Of a stretch of DNA of 64,000 nucleotides, positions 63,141-64,000 are shown piece by piece. The DNA lies in assembly GCA_028534125.1 (NCBI GenBank), contig CM052832.1, positions 20,772,001-20,836,000 of the forward strand, in the 5' to 3' direction. The translations under genes were made by a program, and so were the position numbers. The notes beneath the pieces were generated by a model, which saw only the letters and a program-made list of their open reading frames with translations, did no database searches and had not been told where the DNA came from. Position 1 is the first letter of the stretch, and each line of letters begins with the position of its first letter. The stretch comes from Lama glama (lineage: Eukaryota).

Positions 63141-63727
63141 TATCATGATTACTGTTTTTATTAGGATTATCAGGGAGCCAAGCAGTATCTTATTTTCCCA
63201 TCCGGGGTTTAGCATTACTTTGGCCTCCCTATCCTTTCTTCCTTTTGGCTTTCCAACCATATGCTTCTGATATTTCTAACTGTATAGCAGTTAGAAATAT
63301 CAGAAGAATAAAATCATTTAAAATCAAGTCAGAGATAAGATTCAAAACAGCAGTTTGTGTGTGGCTTTCAATAACTGAGAGATAGTGATCTTCATACCTT
63401 TCAAGGTTTAATGTGAAATATTCTTTCTGAACTGTTTACATTAGCTGTTCAATTAAAATTATTTATTGACTATCTTATCCAAATACGATTTCAATTTCTT
63501 AACTCTGAATTTAGTCGAAACTAATTTGCCCAGTACCATCCCAGTCATGAGCATAGCCGGCTGATTGGGAGTTACAGATAAACCATTTACTCACGTGAAA
63601 TTTCGCACGTTAAGTATTTGTTTTTAACAAATTAAAACCTTTAACAGTTTTAATGTCAGTATCTATATATAGTCTCTGTCTATTGAAAATCACTGAATTG
63701 TTGCCTTGAAGACTCAAGTGTATGTAT

Positions 63728-63935
63728 TCCAGAGCCATTCTAATGTGGTAACTACTAGCCACGTGTGGTTATTTAAATTTAAATTAATTAAAATTAAGTT
63801 ATACAAAAAATTAATTCCTTAGATCCACTAGCTACACTTCAAGTGCTCAAAGCCAAATGTGGCTGGTGACTGCTCTATTGGTCAGTGAGGACATAGTTGC
63901 ATCATTGCATAAAATTGTTTTGGATAGTGATATTC
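63728..63935. mobile_element. MER33/MER3-type hAT MITE
   Basis: actagccacgtgtggttatttaaatttaaattaattaaaattaa..cactagctacacttcaagtgctcaa. Confidence 0.85.
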
Positions 63936-64000
63936 TAGAAAATACTTAATTTTTGACCTCTCTGAAAAAAAGCAACTCCTTTTTAGTATTTGTTTCAGGC

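Noticed and set aside
1..64000. CRISPR array, operon, tRNA/rRNA gene or CpG-island promoter
   Set aside because: None seen; the sequence is CpG-depleted mammalian DNA with no regular repeat-spacer pattern

Overview
Mammalian genomic DNA, AT-rich and CpG-depleted, most likely intronic or intergenic. I could not recognise any protein-coding gene, RNA gene or CpG island. A large part of the window is transposon fossil: MIR, L2, CR1/L3, old L1M, MaLR/ERVL LTRs, and hAT and Tigger elements. Younger L1 3' ends resemble camelid-type L1, and I saw no Alu, B1, Bov-A, PRE-1 or Can-SINE, so a camelid-like cetartiodactyl is my inference. A 500-N gap (43338-43837) lies inside a young minus-strand L1 flanked by a target-site duplication (TSD). 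The most interesting observations are: a TSD-flanked chimeric L1 insert (possible 3' transduction); an MLT1C LTR capped by an inverted copy of its own 5' end, giving terminal inverted repeats and a 5-bp TSD; a three-level nest of DNA transposons; and a speculative set of frame-compatible minus-strand exon candidates. I found no convincing novel biological system. Repeat family names come from recalled consensus motifs, not a database search, and boundaries are approximate unless a TSD or terminus is quoted.
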